Part shown: piece by piece, positions 47,652-57,248 of the stretch
How the letters are laid out: each line of letters starts with the position of its first letter
How positions within the stretch are numbered: position 1 is the stretch's first letter
From: an uncultured Gammaproteobacteria bacterium
Lineage (GTDB): Bacteria > Patescibacteriota > Patescibacteriia > UBA9934
Reading direction: 5' to 3'
DNA: 64,000 nt
Assembly: GCA_964599455.1 (NCBI GenBank)
Contig: CAZREA010000001.1
Location: forward strand, 269,183-333,182
The notes under the pieces: generated by a model
Databases searched by the model: none
Seen by the model: only the letters and a program-made list of their open reading frames with translations
Told to the model about the DNA's origin: nothing
Made by a program: the position numbers and the translations under genes

Positions 47652-48652
47652 ATGACACTTACTACGCAGGAACAACTGAATCGCTTCATCGGCGGCCAGC
47701 TCCAGATGGTCATGGACGGTCTGGAGATCCGGATGAACGTTGAAACGATTGCGACCTCTCCCGAGGGGGTCTTGATCGGTAGCGACGTGTACTGGCGGAA
47801 GAAGAGGGACGATGCGGATTTCACTCCCAGTCCCGGGGGAATCCATCTCCTCATGGAGGCGAGGATCGACGAGGACGAGCTCCTTGTCGGCGAAATCCGG
47901 ATACGGTGGTACTCGAAGCCCATTCAGGGCACGGTGTATCCGCCCGGCTACGCGGACATCCTCAGATTCGAGTTGCCGACTACAACGCTTGAGGAGGTCG
48001 TGCGCGAGCACGGCACCGTTGCCGTGAAATCGGTTTTCACAGACAAGGAGATCATCGTCCACCGCGTACTGGTCGACGACGAGAAGTGGATCGGGGTGGT
48101 GAGAACAGTATTCCCCTGCCCCTTCACCAACCTCGTCAACACCGGCATAAAGTCGATCAAGCTTGAGGAGGGCGGGATCTTCCGGGTAGACGGCTTCCTC
48201 AAAAGCGAGGACGGGGGTATGAGCCACGCAAGCTGCCCAATAAAGGGCTGGGGAAAGACCATCGCGGAGGCCGTCGCCGCAGCCTACAATTCGGAACCGG
48301 TGGCGAGCTACCGGGCCACGCATCCCGACCACGAGGTCGAGGAACGGGTCATCGTCGAAAAGTACGACATCGTCGTCGTCTACGCCACTCCGGACGGCAC
48401 GATCTTGGAGCAAAAATACTCGCGCCGCAAACGGCATCAACCGAAGTGTTTACCTTACAACGCGAAGCTCGCGAAAAGCAGCGGTTATTTATGGAAGCTG
48501 AGGCAAAGGCAAATGCGGACGGCCTCATCCACTTGACCTGCATGGTCGGTAAGGGAGCCGACCAGCACGAGTACTCGGGCGCCGGAAGCACACCCGAGGA
48601 AGCCCTCAAGAACGCCATGGCCCAGGCGTCGCAACCGTCAAAGTCCATCTAG
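47652..48652 (+). CDS. GC-rich hypothetical protein, paralog A (possible frameshift around 48440; alternatively two genes 47652..48536 and 48446..48652)
   Basis: GGAGGGAGAGAGACATG RBS. Contains ...DGGMSHASCPIKGWGKTIAEAVAAAY.... The overlapping +2-frame ORF ends ...HLTCMVGKGADQHEYSGAGSTPEEALKNAMAQAS. The same G-x-G-x-T-x-E-(D/E)-A-(I/L/V)-x-x-A motif recurs in paralog B. The antisense ORF 47514..48440 is judged spurious. Confidence 0.45.
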
Positions 48653-48666
48653 GACTACGACTCGAA

Positions 48667-48712
48667 ACCCGCTATGTCGTTCGCGAACGATATGGCGGGT
48701 TCACTGTCTTAA
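48667..48712 (+). terminator. Rho-independent terminator of paralog A
   Basis: acccgctatgtcgttcgcgaacgatatggcgggt (17-bp stem including GU pairs) followed by tcactgtctt. Confidence 0.55.
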
Positions 48713-48808
48713 AAAGAGATTGCTGGATCCCCGTAACATTGACGAAAGGGGATTTTTTATTTACCTTAAATAGTCTTCTTGAGTTCACAGAAACGAAGGA
48801 GTGAAGAC

Positions 48809-49273
48809 ATGATACGTATGCCAAGAAGGCCGTCAGAGCTCAGACCGCCGCCGAACACAGAGCCAGAAGGAAATACGTCACAAGACACAGGAACACCAAC
48901 CATCACGCTCATGGCGCTTCTGCAGGAGCACCGCGAGCTCGAGGTCTACTCCACTTCCGACAAGGCTACTGGTACGGTGACCATCATCGCAGCCATGGTC
49001 AACGACGAGCTGACGGACGTGATCCCTCTCACGTTCTCGCACTACATCGCCAACGTGACCATGACGTCCATCCAGGGAGTGCAGCTGCGCGACGGGACGA
49101 TATACGTCGACGGCTCCATCACGATCGAAGGTCGTGGAAGCATCCGTATCCGTGGATACGGAGAGACGATCGAGGACGCAATCGCGACCGCGTACTGCAA
49201 CTTCGACCATCTTTCGCCGCCCCCACGAGGAACAACCGAGCAATCCGTCCAGACCGCGCCCAGTTCGGTCTGA
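48809..49273 (+). CDS. GC-rich hypothetical protein, paralog B
   Basis: AGGAG RBS then ATG 48809; the longest ORF starts at 48779. ...LRDGTIYVDGSITIEGRGSIRIRGYGETIEDAIATAYCNF... Confidence 0.45.
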   Translation: MIRMPRRPSELRPPPNTEPEGNTSQDTGTPTITLMALLQEHRELEVYSTSDKATGTVTIIAAMVNDELTDVIPLTFSHYIANVTMTSIQGVQLRDGTIYVDGSITIEGRGSIRIRGYGETIEDAIATAYCNFDHLSPPPRGTTEQSVQTAPSSV

Positions 49274-49306
49274 ACATAGCCACTCCCGGACTTGGGAGTG
49301 GCTCGA

Positions 49307-49350
49307 CCCGTCACGTCGTTCGCAAACGATGTGACGGGTTCACTGTTTTT
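49307..49350 (+). terminator. Rho-independent terminator of paralog B (homologous to 48667..48712 with compensatory changes)
   Basis: cccgtcacgtcgttcgcaaacgatgtgacggg followed by ttcactgttttt. A second perfect hairpin, agccactccc-ggactt-gggagtggct, lies at 49278..49303. Confidence 0.55.
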
Positions 49351-49399
49351 AACGAACAAAAAATCACGAGATCCTCGTAATTTTTTTACTTCATATTTT

Positions 49400-49840
49400 T
49401 TACCATTCGTACGCGATATCTTTGATGGGAATATTTTTCGCTTCATTCGGTGACCAAGCTTCGGTTGCACAATTCGCTACAAGCGCAACCGTTGGCAATA
49501 AATTTTTCCACGCATACGCGACACCAGGAGGAATCGTGAGTAATGCGTAACGATTATCTCCTAAAAGAATTTCTTGAAACGCACCTTTGGTTGGAGATGC
49601 TTCGCGCGTATCGTGCAACACGAATTTAATACGTCCTGTTGGCACCGCCATGTTACTCCAACTTGCCGAATGTAATTTCCAACCCTTCACCACCCGAGGA
49701 TAAATGCAAGAAAAATAGATTTCGCCAAAGCGACGGAAATGCGCAGCGTCGGATCGCAGCATATGCATAACTTGCCCGTCTTCACCCGGAACAATCGACA
49801 GCGGAGTAATAACAACGCCTTGAATATCCGCTTTATTCAT
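49400..49840 (-). CDS. RmlC-like cupin (NDP-4-dehydro-6-deoxyhexose 3,5-epimerase family)
   Basis: VKGWKLH...TGRIKFVLHDTREASPTKGAFQEILLGDNRYALLTIPPGVAYAWKNL aligns to my recollection of RmlC (LRGLHFQ...[47 protein letters not shown]). Confidence 0.65.
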   Translation of the reverse strand: MNKADIQGVVITPLSIVPGEDGQVMHMLRSDAAHFRRFGEIYFSCIYPRVVKGWKLHSASWSNMAVPTGRIKFVLHDTREASPTKGAFQEILLGDNRYALLTIPPGVAYAWKNLLPTVALVANCATEAWSPNEAKNIPIKDIAYEW

Positions 49841-49842
49841 AT

Positions 49843-50892
49843 TTAGGACGATCGTTCATCATTCGAGATTGCCACAGCGCCCAATCGTTTCGTGCGATCA
49901 AAATACTCACGATACCAGGCAACGGTTTCTGTCAGGCCTTCTTCAACCGTGTATTCCGGACGCCAGTTCAGCAAACGCAATGCCTTTTCACTCGAAAGCG
50001 TTTGTTCAACAATTTCTGCTTTGGCTTGATTGAGAATAACCGGTTCAAGATCAGTACGACCCATGGCTTCGGCAACTTTTTTCACAATATCAACAACCGT
50101 AAAACGATTGCCGGTACTAAAATTGAAGGCTTGCCCCACAATCTCCGGTCGATCCATTTCTTCGGCCAAACGAATGTATGCATGCGCAGCATCACGCACA
50201 AAGAAATAATCGCGAATAAATTTCCCGTCACTGCGAATCACCGGCGATTCACCATCATAAATATGTTTGATGGTTTCGGGAATCACGCGCTGCCAGTTTA
50301 AATCTCCGGGACCATATAAATTTCCACAACGCGTTACACACACCGGAAGTTTATAGGTATTCCAATACATCCGCGCAATCAAATCCGTGCAAGATTTGGA
50401 AACATCATACGGATGCGTTCCGTGCAATGACGCTTCTTCGGTATACGGAAGAATCGGCTGCGGTCCGTACGCTTTGTCGGACGACGCAACGAGCACGCGT
50501 TTTACAAGTGGCGACAACCGCGCCGCTTCAAGCACATTCGCGGTGCCCATGATATTAATCCGCAACGTCGGTAACGGCGCACGGTTTCCTACTGGTGCAA
50601 TCGGCTGGGCGCCAACATGAAAAATGGTATCGATTTCGTACTCATTAATGGTGCGATACACCAAATCATAATCTTCAAAATCTCCGGTAACAATATCCGC
50701 ATGATGATAAGCGGGAAGAGAAAAAAGACGGCTCGAAGCCGCATGGTCGCGTTTCAACAACACAATCCGTGCCCCCGCAGCGTGGAGCTCCTCAACCAAT
50801 GCTGACCCTAAAAGACCAAACCCTCCGGTCACAAACACATTGCGATTGCGCCAAAAGGCAACCCGATCAGCAGTAAGAAAAGACGATTTCAT
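49843..50892 (-). CDS. NAD-dependent sugar-nucleotide 4,6-dehydratase, CDP-glucose 4,6-dehydratase-like (extended SDR)
   Basis: NVFVTGGFGLLGSAL Rossmann motif, YDVSKSCTD (YxxxK), and my recollected alignment to RfbG/DdhB (GDFEDYDLVYRTINEYEIDTIFHVGAQP vs GDIRDFEKLRNSIAEFKPEIVFHMAAQP). Start MKSSF at 50892; the longest ORF runs to 50964. Confidence 0.7.
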   Translation of the reverse strand: MKSSFLTADRVAFWRNRNVFVTGGFGLLGSALVEELHAAGARIVLLKRDHAASSRLFSLPAYHHADIVTGDFEDYDLVYRTINEYEIDTIFHVGAQPIAPVGNRAPLPTLRINIMGTANVLEAARLSPLVKRVLVASSDKAYGPQPILPYTEEASLHGTHPYDVSKSCTDLIARMYWNTYKLPVCVTRCGNLYGPGDLNWQRVIPETIKHIYDGESPVIRSDGKFIRDYFFVRDAAHAYIRLAEEMDRPEIVGQAFNFSTGNRFTVVDIVKKVAEAMGRTDLEPVILNQAKAEIVEQTLSSEKALRLLNWRPEYTVEEGLTETVAWYREYFDRTKRLGAVAISNDERSS

Positions 50893-51048
50893 AACGCTCA
50901 GACTTTGCCAGAATGAACCGGTACGGTCAACCCGTTGATTGGTCATTTGGCCAATATTCGACATTCTTTCTTCTTTATGTTAAAAAAGTGGGTCGATCTT
51001 GAGTGATCGATATCCATCCCGCAAACCAGAGGAGCATCGAGAATAAAC

Positions 51049-51903
51049 ATGCAGGCATATCGCTTGTTCCCTCCCGACTGGAAGGGATTCATTCCTTTCG
51101 AGGATGGCGACATCGCCGTCCTCATGGCACGACCGTCCGTCCCACTCATCTACCTGTACGGCCTCGTCGGTCAGCAGGAAGAGAGTGGGGCATTCACCGC
51201 ACAATACCCGAACATCGTTCGGGTGGAAGCCACGGCGGGTATGACCATCCCTGTCGTGGTCGAGGACGGATGGGCGAAGGTGGGCCTGCGGGCCCAGCGG
51301 CGCCTGTTCGTGAACTCGAACACCGAGGCCTTCGATGCGCTGAACGCAGACCTGGAGCGGCAGCTCAAGGAGGCGTTCGGACCGAAGGCCGGACACACGT
51401 TGATCCGGCTTCACCAAGAAGTTAGCGGCGACTGGAAGACCGCTCGAGAGACCTACCTGGCACTCCTTCGGCGATACCTCGATCGTCTGGAACACGAGGT
51501 CGGGTTCGGGCGGACCAGCTACGAGATCCCGGGCGGGTACGGACGGTTCGCGGAGAAGGGACAGGACGCCAGTAAAAGGCAGTTCTACGAGGAGACCGAT
51601 CCAAACACCGCGGTGATCGGGTGGGGGTCGCTCGGAGAAATCGTGGCCAATCGTGGTCACGAAGTCCATACGATCCGGGTCGGCGTCGCGCGCGTCGACC
51701 CGGACAAGCGAGCATCCAAAGCGGCGGAGGTCATCCCCGACCCCTACGAAAGCTTCGTGACGAAGCTCGAGTGGTACGATCTCGACGGCCTCGATGGACT
51801 CCGGGAAGAAGGAAAGCTGATCTGTGGCATCACGGAAGCCGCCCTCGGGCGGTACCTGGCCACATCGATGCGGAATCCGAACATCTTCCCACCCCTGCGC
51901 TGA
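51049..51903 (+). CDS. GC-rich hypothetical protein embedded in the glycan cluster
   Basis: 284-aa ORF with protein-like composition (~62% GC). The antisense ORF 50980..51669 is judged spurious. No motif recognised. Confidence 0.4.
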   Translation: MQAYRLFPPDWKGFIPFEDGDIAVLMARPSVPLIYLYGLVGQQEESGAFTAQYPNIVRVEATAGMTIPVVVEDGWAKVGLRAQRRLFVNSNTEAFDALNADLERQLKEAFGPKAGHTLIRLHQEVSGDWKTARETYLALLRRYLDRLEHEVGFGRTSYEIPGGYGRFAEKGQDASKRQFYEETDPNTAVIGWGSLGEIVANRGHEVHTIRVGVARVDPDKRASKAAEVIPDPYESFVTKLEWYDLDGLDGLREEGKLICGITEAALGRYLATSMRNPNIFPPLR

Positions 51904-51985
51904 GGGGGTGGGATCGTATAACGAAGCCCCGTCTGGACCGAGTCCAGACGGGGCGTTCTGCTTTTATAGGAATACTTTTACCAAC

Positions 51986-52789
51986 TTACGACCACACTTT
52001 CCACTTCGGATCCGTCTTCCACAATTTATCCAAATCTTCTTTATCTTTGTATGTATCCATCGAGTGCCAGAAACCTTCGTGTTTGTACACACCAATCTTG
52101 CGATCTTGGCTTGCTTTGGTGAGTGCATCTTCCGCCATCTCGCCAACTTTACAATGTTGCAAAAAGTCCTTGTGCATCATCATGAAGCCGCCGTTTGTGA
52201 AGTCGGACAACTGAGGCTTCTCGGTAAACGACGTGATGATGTTGTTTTCATCAGGAACAACCAAGCCATATTTTGATTTTGGATGAATGCCCGTAATCAC
52301 CCCATGCACACCATGCTCTTCACGCATCTTTTTATAAAACTGATGAAGCTCGGGAATATTTACGTTCGACACGCCATCACCGTACGTCAACATGAATTCA
52401 TCGGGCAGATGAGGTGCTGCACGCAACAAACGTTCTCCGGTTGGCGTTGCGCCATCACCCGTATCAACGAAGATAATTTTAAAATCATCGTAACTATCCT
52501 CATTAAGCAAATAGGTTGAGGATGTGCGCAAATCCAACTGAAAATCCTGCGTCAATAAGTGATGGTTGAGGAAATATTCTTTGATTTGATGGCCACGATA
52601 GCCTAAACACAAAATAAATTTCTTATACCCATAATGAGCATAAATTTTCATGATGTGCCACAAAATCGGTTTGCCACCGATTTCGACCATGGGTTTTGGG
52701 CGAAACTCGGTTTCTTCACGCAAACGGGTGCCGGTTCCCCCGCAAAAAATGACGACTGGTACCGTTTGACGTTGAGCTGGCATTTCCAT
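51986..52789 (-). CDS. rfbF: Glucose-1-phosphate cytidylyltransferase
   Basis: VVIFCGGTGTRLREETEFRPKPMVEIGGKPILWHIMKIYAHYGYKKFILCLGYRGHQIKEYF closely matches my recollection of Salmonella RfbF. Confidence 0.85.
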   Translation of the reverse strand: MEMPAQRQTVPVVIFCGGTGTRLREETEFRPKPMVEIGGKPILWHIMKIYAHYGYKKFILCLGYRGHQIKEYFLNHHLLTQDFQLDLRTSSTYLLNEDSYDDFKIIFVDTGDGATPTGERLLRAAPHLPDEFMLTYGDGVSNVNIPELHQFYKKMREEHGVHGVITGIHPKSKYGLVVPDENNIITSFTEKPQLSDFTNGGFMMMHKDFLQHCKVGEMAEDALTKASQDRKIGVYKHEGFWHSMDTYKDKEDLDKLWKTDPKWKVWS

Positions 52790-52839
52790 AAAATGCTTCT
52801 AACTTAAATATAGGCCCATTCTGGGGTTTTTCCGGATGC

Positions 52840-53709
52840 ATGTCAAACGAAATCGCTATCAGTATCGTGATTGTGACATGGAATGTGCGCGAACTTTTGC
52901 GCGCCAACCTTGCACGTTTACAAAGCCTTCACTGTCCGTATACCACGGAAATCTTTGTTGTTGATAACAATTCACACGATGGCACCGCGTTCATGGTCCG
53001 CAATGAATTCCCGAACGTGCACCTCATTACCAATAATTGGGACGCCGGTTTTGCCGGACCGAACAATCAGGCACTGCGCTTGGCAACAGGCAAAGTTCTC
53101 ATCCTTCTCAATCCCGACATGCTCGTTGAAGAAGAAGCACTTGAGAAAACCTACGACAAGCTGATGCAAGAAAAGGACATTGGTGTTCTTGGCATCAAAC
53201 TCATCGGCCAAGATGGCAAACCCATCAATAGCGTTCGTCATTATCCCGATTTTCTTTCTCAGCTCTCAGTTATTTTAAAAATCGGTCATCTCTTCCCTAC
53301 TCTTCTTGATTATTATCACTGGACAGATTTTGATTATGGTCGGTCGCAAGATGTCGACCAGGTACGCGGATCATTTTTCGCTTTTCGCCGCGAGATGCTC
53401 GATGAAGTCGGGTACCTTGATGAGAAGTATCACATTTGGTTTGAAGAAGTGGATTATTGTTTACGCGCGAAACAAAAAGGTTATCGAGTGCACTATTTCG
53501 CCGATGCCATTGCACATGACTACGTTGGTAAAAGTGTGGCGCAGATGAAGTATTTGGAAAAACAAATTATTTTCACCCACAGCATGATTCGGTACTTTAA
53601 AAAATGGAAACCGTGGTGGCAAACATTTATCTTAATACTCGCCCGTCCGTTTGGTCTTCTTGCATCGTGGATGATGGATGTACGAAATTCTTTCACGCAA
53701 AAGATATGA
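52840..53709 (+). CDS. Family 2 glycosyltransferase
   Basis: ISIVIVTWNVRELL...VVDNNSHDGT...DAGFAGPNNQAL is a GT2 (GT-A fold) signature. Confidence 0.8.
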   Translation: MSNEIAISIVIVTWNVRELLRANLARLQSLHCPYTTEIFVVDNNSHDGTAFMVRNEFPNVHLITNNWDAGFAGPNNQALRLATGKVLILLNPDMLVEEEALEKTYDKLMQEKDIGVLGIKLIGQDGKPINSVRHYPDFLSQLSVILKIGHLFPTLLDYYHWTDFDYGRSQDVDQVRGSFFAFRREMLDEVGYLDEKYHIWFEEVDYCLRAKQKGYRVHYFADAIAHDYVGKSVAQMKYLEKQIIFTHSMIRYFKKWKPWWQTFILILARPFGLLASWMMDVRNSFTQKI

Positions 53710-55544
53710 AACTCGCCCTGCAACTCAGTTGTTATAACGGTGGGCGGTATTTGCCTTTTGTTTTTGAATCACTCAAAAAACAACATCTCACCGATTGGCA
53801 TCTGTATGTTCTAGATAATGCCTCGGATGAAGAAAACAAACAGCTGATTGCCCAAGCGGTTAAAGAGGCAAAATTACCCATTACGCTTGATCGCGTTGAA
53901 ACAAATATTGGGTTTGCCGGTGCGCACAATTATCTTTTCAAAAAGTACACAAAGCACGCAACATACATTCAATTGTTAAATGATGATGCTTTTTTGGAAC
54001 CAATGTTTCTCAGCGAATGTCTTACCTATCTCGAAAAGCATCCGGAATGCGCAGCATCATCAGGAGTCGTGTATCGCTGGGATTTTGATGCACGGACAAA
54101 TGATCGCGGAGGACGAACACGCATTATTGATACGCTCGGTCTTGATGCAGCAATAACGGGCGGTATCAGCGATCGCGGTGCCGGACAAGATGCGCAGACG
54201 TTAGATATTCCCGAAGTACCGTACGAAGTCTTTGGTGTGTCGGGTTGTTTGCCAATGTATCGCGTGCAGGCTGTACGCGCTGCGAGTCCGGACATGAGTT
54301 TATTTGATGAGACTTACGTTTTATATAAAGAAGACGTTGATCTTACTTATCGATTGCGAGCGCTTGGTTACACCGCAACGATCGTTCCTTCAGCGCTCGC
54401 CTATCATCGCCGCACACTCGGACGAGGTGCGGTTGGCGCAAGCCTTTGGCGACCACAAAATGAAAAAAATTATCTTTCCTATCGCAATCACCTGTGGACG
54501 CTTATGAAGAGTCTTCCAGCTGCTGCTCTTTGTAAAAATCACATCGCCGTCTTGCCTTACGAAAGCGCAAAAATGTTGTACTGGACACTCCATAATCCTT
54601 TGATCATCTGGAGAACATGGCAAGAGACTCGTGCTCATTGGTCGCATCTGAGAGAATGGAGAAAACATATTTCTCTGGCACGACGTTCGCCAAAGCCTTT
54701 TTTCGATCGCCCAGAAAAGCCTAAAACCGATATCGCCATCATCCTTGTTTCACATGATGATTTAAGCGAAAAGTGCCTTACCTCTTTGCAACAGGCACGG
54801 GCAAAAACAACTTGTACCACCACCGTTGTGGTCGTTGACAATCAATCGTCGCACTACGATGCCAATGCTTTTGTTGAACAATATATTCCCGACGCCTGGA
54901 CACTCTTACGCGATGGCGATCATGGTTATGGACGCTCAATGAATCGCGGTGCAGCTCATGTTGATGCCAAATACTATTTTATTCTCAATCCCGACACAAT
55001 GCTTGCTGATGAAGATATTTTCAATAAACTCACGAGCTACATGGAAAAACATCCTGATGTCGGACTTATTGGTCCAAAGGTAGAAGGATTTTCCGGAGAC
55101 TTGCATGAAACCTGCCGCCGCTTTCCTGCATGGTTTCAACCGTTCATTCAACGTACAGCCCTCAAAAACACCTCGCTCGGCAAAAAATATCTGCATACTT
55201 TTCTCATGCAGGATTACGATCACCAAACCGAAAAAGCCGTTGATTGGGTGCAGGGTTCAGCAATGTTCGTTGAGGGCAACCTCTGGAAAATGCTGCGCGG
55301 CTTTGATGATCGTTTCTGGTTGTATTTTGAAGATGTAGATTTGTGTCGCCGCGTGTGGGAATCAGGCAAAAAAGTTATCTATTTACCATCAGTAACCATT
55401 CTTCATCAGCACGGACGACAATCAGCAAAAATTCACAACATCTTAGTTAATCTGATTACCACCAAAGAATCGCGCGGGCATATTTTTAGCTGGATAAAAT
55501 ATACGTGTAAATGGCTTGGTAAAACTCTTCCTCGTCACGAATAA
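53706..55544 (+). CDS. Dual-domain family 2 glycosyltransferase (two tandem GT2 modules)
   Basis: ATGA overlap with the upstream GT2. Module 1 MKLALQLSCYNGGRYL...YVLDNASDEE. Module 2 IAIILVSHDDLSEKCL...VVVDNQSSHYD...DHGYGRSMNRGA. The longest ORF starts at 53604. Confidence 0.7.
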   Translation: MKLALQLSCYNGGRYLPFVFESLKKQHLTDWHLYVLDNASDEENKQLIAQAVKEAKLPITLDRVETNIGFAGAHNYLFKKYTKHATYIQLLNDDAFLEPMFLSECLTYLEKHPECAASSGVVYRWDFDARTNDRGGRTRIIDTLGLDAAITGGISDRGAGQDAQTLDIPEVPYEVFGVSGCLPMYRVQAVRAASPDMSLFDETYVLYKEDVDLTYRLRALGYTATIVPSALAYHRRTLGRGAVGASLWRPQNEKNYLSYRNHLWTLMKSLPAAALCKNHIAVLPYESAKMLYWTLHNPLIIWRTWQETRAHWSHLREWRKHISLARRSPKPFFDRPEKPKTDIAIILVSHDDLSEKCLTSLQQARAKTTCTTTVVVVDNQSSHYDANAFVEQYIPDAWTLLRDGDHGYGRSMNRGAAHVDAKYYFILNPDTMLADEDIFNKLTSYMEKHPDVGLIGPKVEGFSGDLHETCRRFPAWFQPFIQRTALKNTSLGKKYLHTFLMQDYDHQTEKAVDWVQGSAMFVEGNLWKMLRGFDDRFWLYFEDVDLCRRVWESGKKVIYLPSVTILHQHGRQSAKIHNILVNLITTKESRGHIFSWIKYTCKWLGKTLPRHE

Positions 55545-55549
55545 TCTCT

Positions 55550-56710
55550 ATGGAGCTTCCCAAAGTAGCCATCATTTACTTGACGTACAATGGCAAAGAT
55601 TCGTACCGCGACATTACGCGTTGCTTGCAATCAATCGAGAAGATTACCTATCCGCTTGATCAGGTCGAGCTCATCTGTGTTGAGAATCCGTCGCCACATG
55701 GCGCAAGCTGGCCATTCATTGGATCAGAATGGGGACCGAAAAGTGGCAACCAATTTCCTCATCTCACTATCGTGAAGAACCCAAAAGATGTGGGCTATGC
55801 CGGAGCAAATAATGTCGGTATTGCTGAGGCAAAGAAACGGGGATGTTCGTATGCATTTTTACTCAATCAAGATGCAGATGTTGACCCAAACTTTTTAACT
55901 GCGGCGGTTGCACGAGCCGAGCAAGATGAAAAAGTGATGTTCGTCCAATCACTCGTATTGCTCGGTCAAGATAAACAGCTCGTCAACAGTGTTGGCAATC
56001 GATTGCACTTTTTAGGATATGGTTACGCCGGTGGCTTTGGCTGGACGCATGAGCAAGCCAAAGCCTTTTTTGTGCAAGAACAAAAAGAGAACCCCGATCT
56101 TGAAGTTCCGTACTTTAGCGGTGCCGCAGTTCTTGTGCGTCTATCAATGACGGATGAAATTGGATTATTTGATAGTGATTTTTACATGTATCACGAAGAC
56201 GTCGATGCATCACTCAATGCGCGTGTGCACGGTTATAAAAGTGTCGTCGCGCCCGAAAGCATTATTTATCACTATTACGAATTTTCTAAAAGCATCAAAA
56301 AGTTTTACTGGATGGAGCGCAATCGCCTCATCGTCCTTTTGACGTATTACAAATTACCCACGCTCCTCTTGATTACTGTCCCTTTTTTCGGCGTCGAGCT
56401 TGTGTCATTTTTATTAGCAATCAAAAGCGGTTGGTGGAAAGAAAAAATACGAGCCTGGCTTTTCTTCTTCAAGCCTTCATCACTCGCATGGATTTGGCGC
56501 CGACGCCGACAAGCGCAATCGACTCGTCTCATTACTGATCGCGAACTCCTAAAGCGCGCCGAAAGCACCATTCTTTTTCAAAAAAATCCTGTTATAGCAA
56601 ACACGGATCATGCCATTCTCAACGATGTTCGTAGTTCGATCGTCACCCGCGTCGGTAATCCTCTTATGCAAAAAATGTGGGCAGTTATTTATACGCTTAT
56701 TCACTGGTAA
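55550..56710 (+). CDS. Family 2 glycosyltransferase with C-terminal TM segments
   Basis: VAIIYLTYNGKD...LICVENPSP...DVGYAGANNVG...YMYHEDVD. C-terminal hydrophobic helices. Confidence 0.75.
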   Translation: MELPKVAIIYLTYNGKDSYRDITRCLQSIEKITYPLDQVELICVENPSPHGASWPFIGSEWGPKSGNQFPHLTIVKNPKDVGYAGANNVGIAEAKKRGCSYAFLLNQDADVDPNFLTAAVARAEQDEKVMFVQSLVLLGQDKQLVNSVGNRLHFLGYGYAGGFGWTHEQAKAFFVQEQKENPDLEVPYFSGAAVLVRLSMTDEIGLFDSDFYMYHEDVDASLNARVHGYKSVVAPESIIYHYYEFSKSIKKFYWMERNRLIVLLTYYKLPTLLLITVPFFGVELVSFLLAIKSGWWKEKIRAWLFFFKPSSLAWIWRRRRQAQSTRLITDRELLKRAESTILFQKNPVIANTDHAILNDVRSSIVTRVGNPLMQKMWAVIYTLIHW

Positions 56711-57248
56711 TACCAGTGCGTTGCAATATTTCTTTAGCACCAGGAATATCTTGCAATTCCGGATAGCGATAATCATTTTTATTGTAGGAAGTCGAACCGA
56801 CGCCGACCGCTGTCACACGTTCATCCGTCAAAGGGATAATAGCGTGATAGACGCCAGCTGGGATGCGCAATCGCGGCAACGATCCATCCGCAACCACATA
56901 CGTCGGCAAATCGTATGGAGTCGACAATGTATCGATTCCAAGAATGATACCAACGGTCTTTTGAAACGTCGGAGATGTTTCTCGAAAATCTGACAACAAC
57001 CACAACGCACAACCCGATAACGTAAAGAACAATTCGTCGAGTTCGAGATGATAATGTCCACCACGCATCGTGCCCTTTCCCTTTGCGCTACTTGCATAGA
57101 TATCGAGGAGTTTTTCACCAAAACCTTCGGGATTGCCAACACCACCCGGCAGCATATGCCAAACCGCGCCTTCGTGATCGCCGAAACGCGGCTGCAATTC
57201 GACCGTAACGCCATCAATACCTGCAGGAAGAATATTTAGTGTTGCCAT
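56697..57248 (-). CDS. rmlC: dTDP-4-dehydrorhamnose 3,5-epimerase-like (RmlC cupin)
   Basis: Cupin with MRGGHYH and RmlC-family organisation, directly upstream of rmlD. Start MATLNIL at 57248; the longest ORF runs to 57281. Confidence 0.7.
   Translation of the reverse strand: MATLNILPAGIDGVTVELQPRFGDHEGAVWHMLPGGVGNPEGFGEKLLDIYASSAKGKGTMRGGHYHLELDELFFTLSGCALWLLSDFRETSPTFQKTVGIILGIDTLSTPYDLPTYVVADGSLPRLRIPAGVYHAIIPLTDERVTAVGVGSTSYNKNDYRYPELQDIPGAKEILQRTGITSE

Noticed and set aside
47514-48440. 308-aa antisense ORF opposite paralog A (and similarly 50980..51669 opposite 51049..51903, 16028..16678 opposite the surface protein, and 12775..13299 opposite the cupin)
   Set aside because: These are shadow ORFs typical of GC-rich or compositionally biased coding regions. 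The sense-strand partner has a strong RBS and protein-like composition, whereas the antisense translations are Arg/Leu/Pro/Ser-rich.
48446-48652. Dodecin-like identity for the 68-aa ORF (GAGSTPEEALKNAMAQA motif)
   Set aside because: The resemblance to the dodecin G-S-S-x-x-S-W-E-D-A motif is superficial. In dodecin the motif is N-terminal, whereas here it is C-terminal and part of an internal repeat shared with the neighbouring genes.
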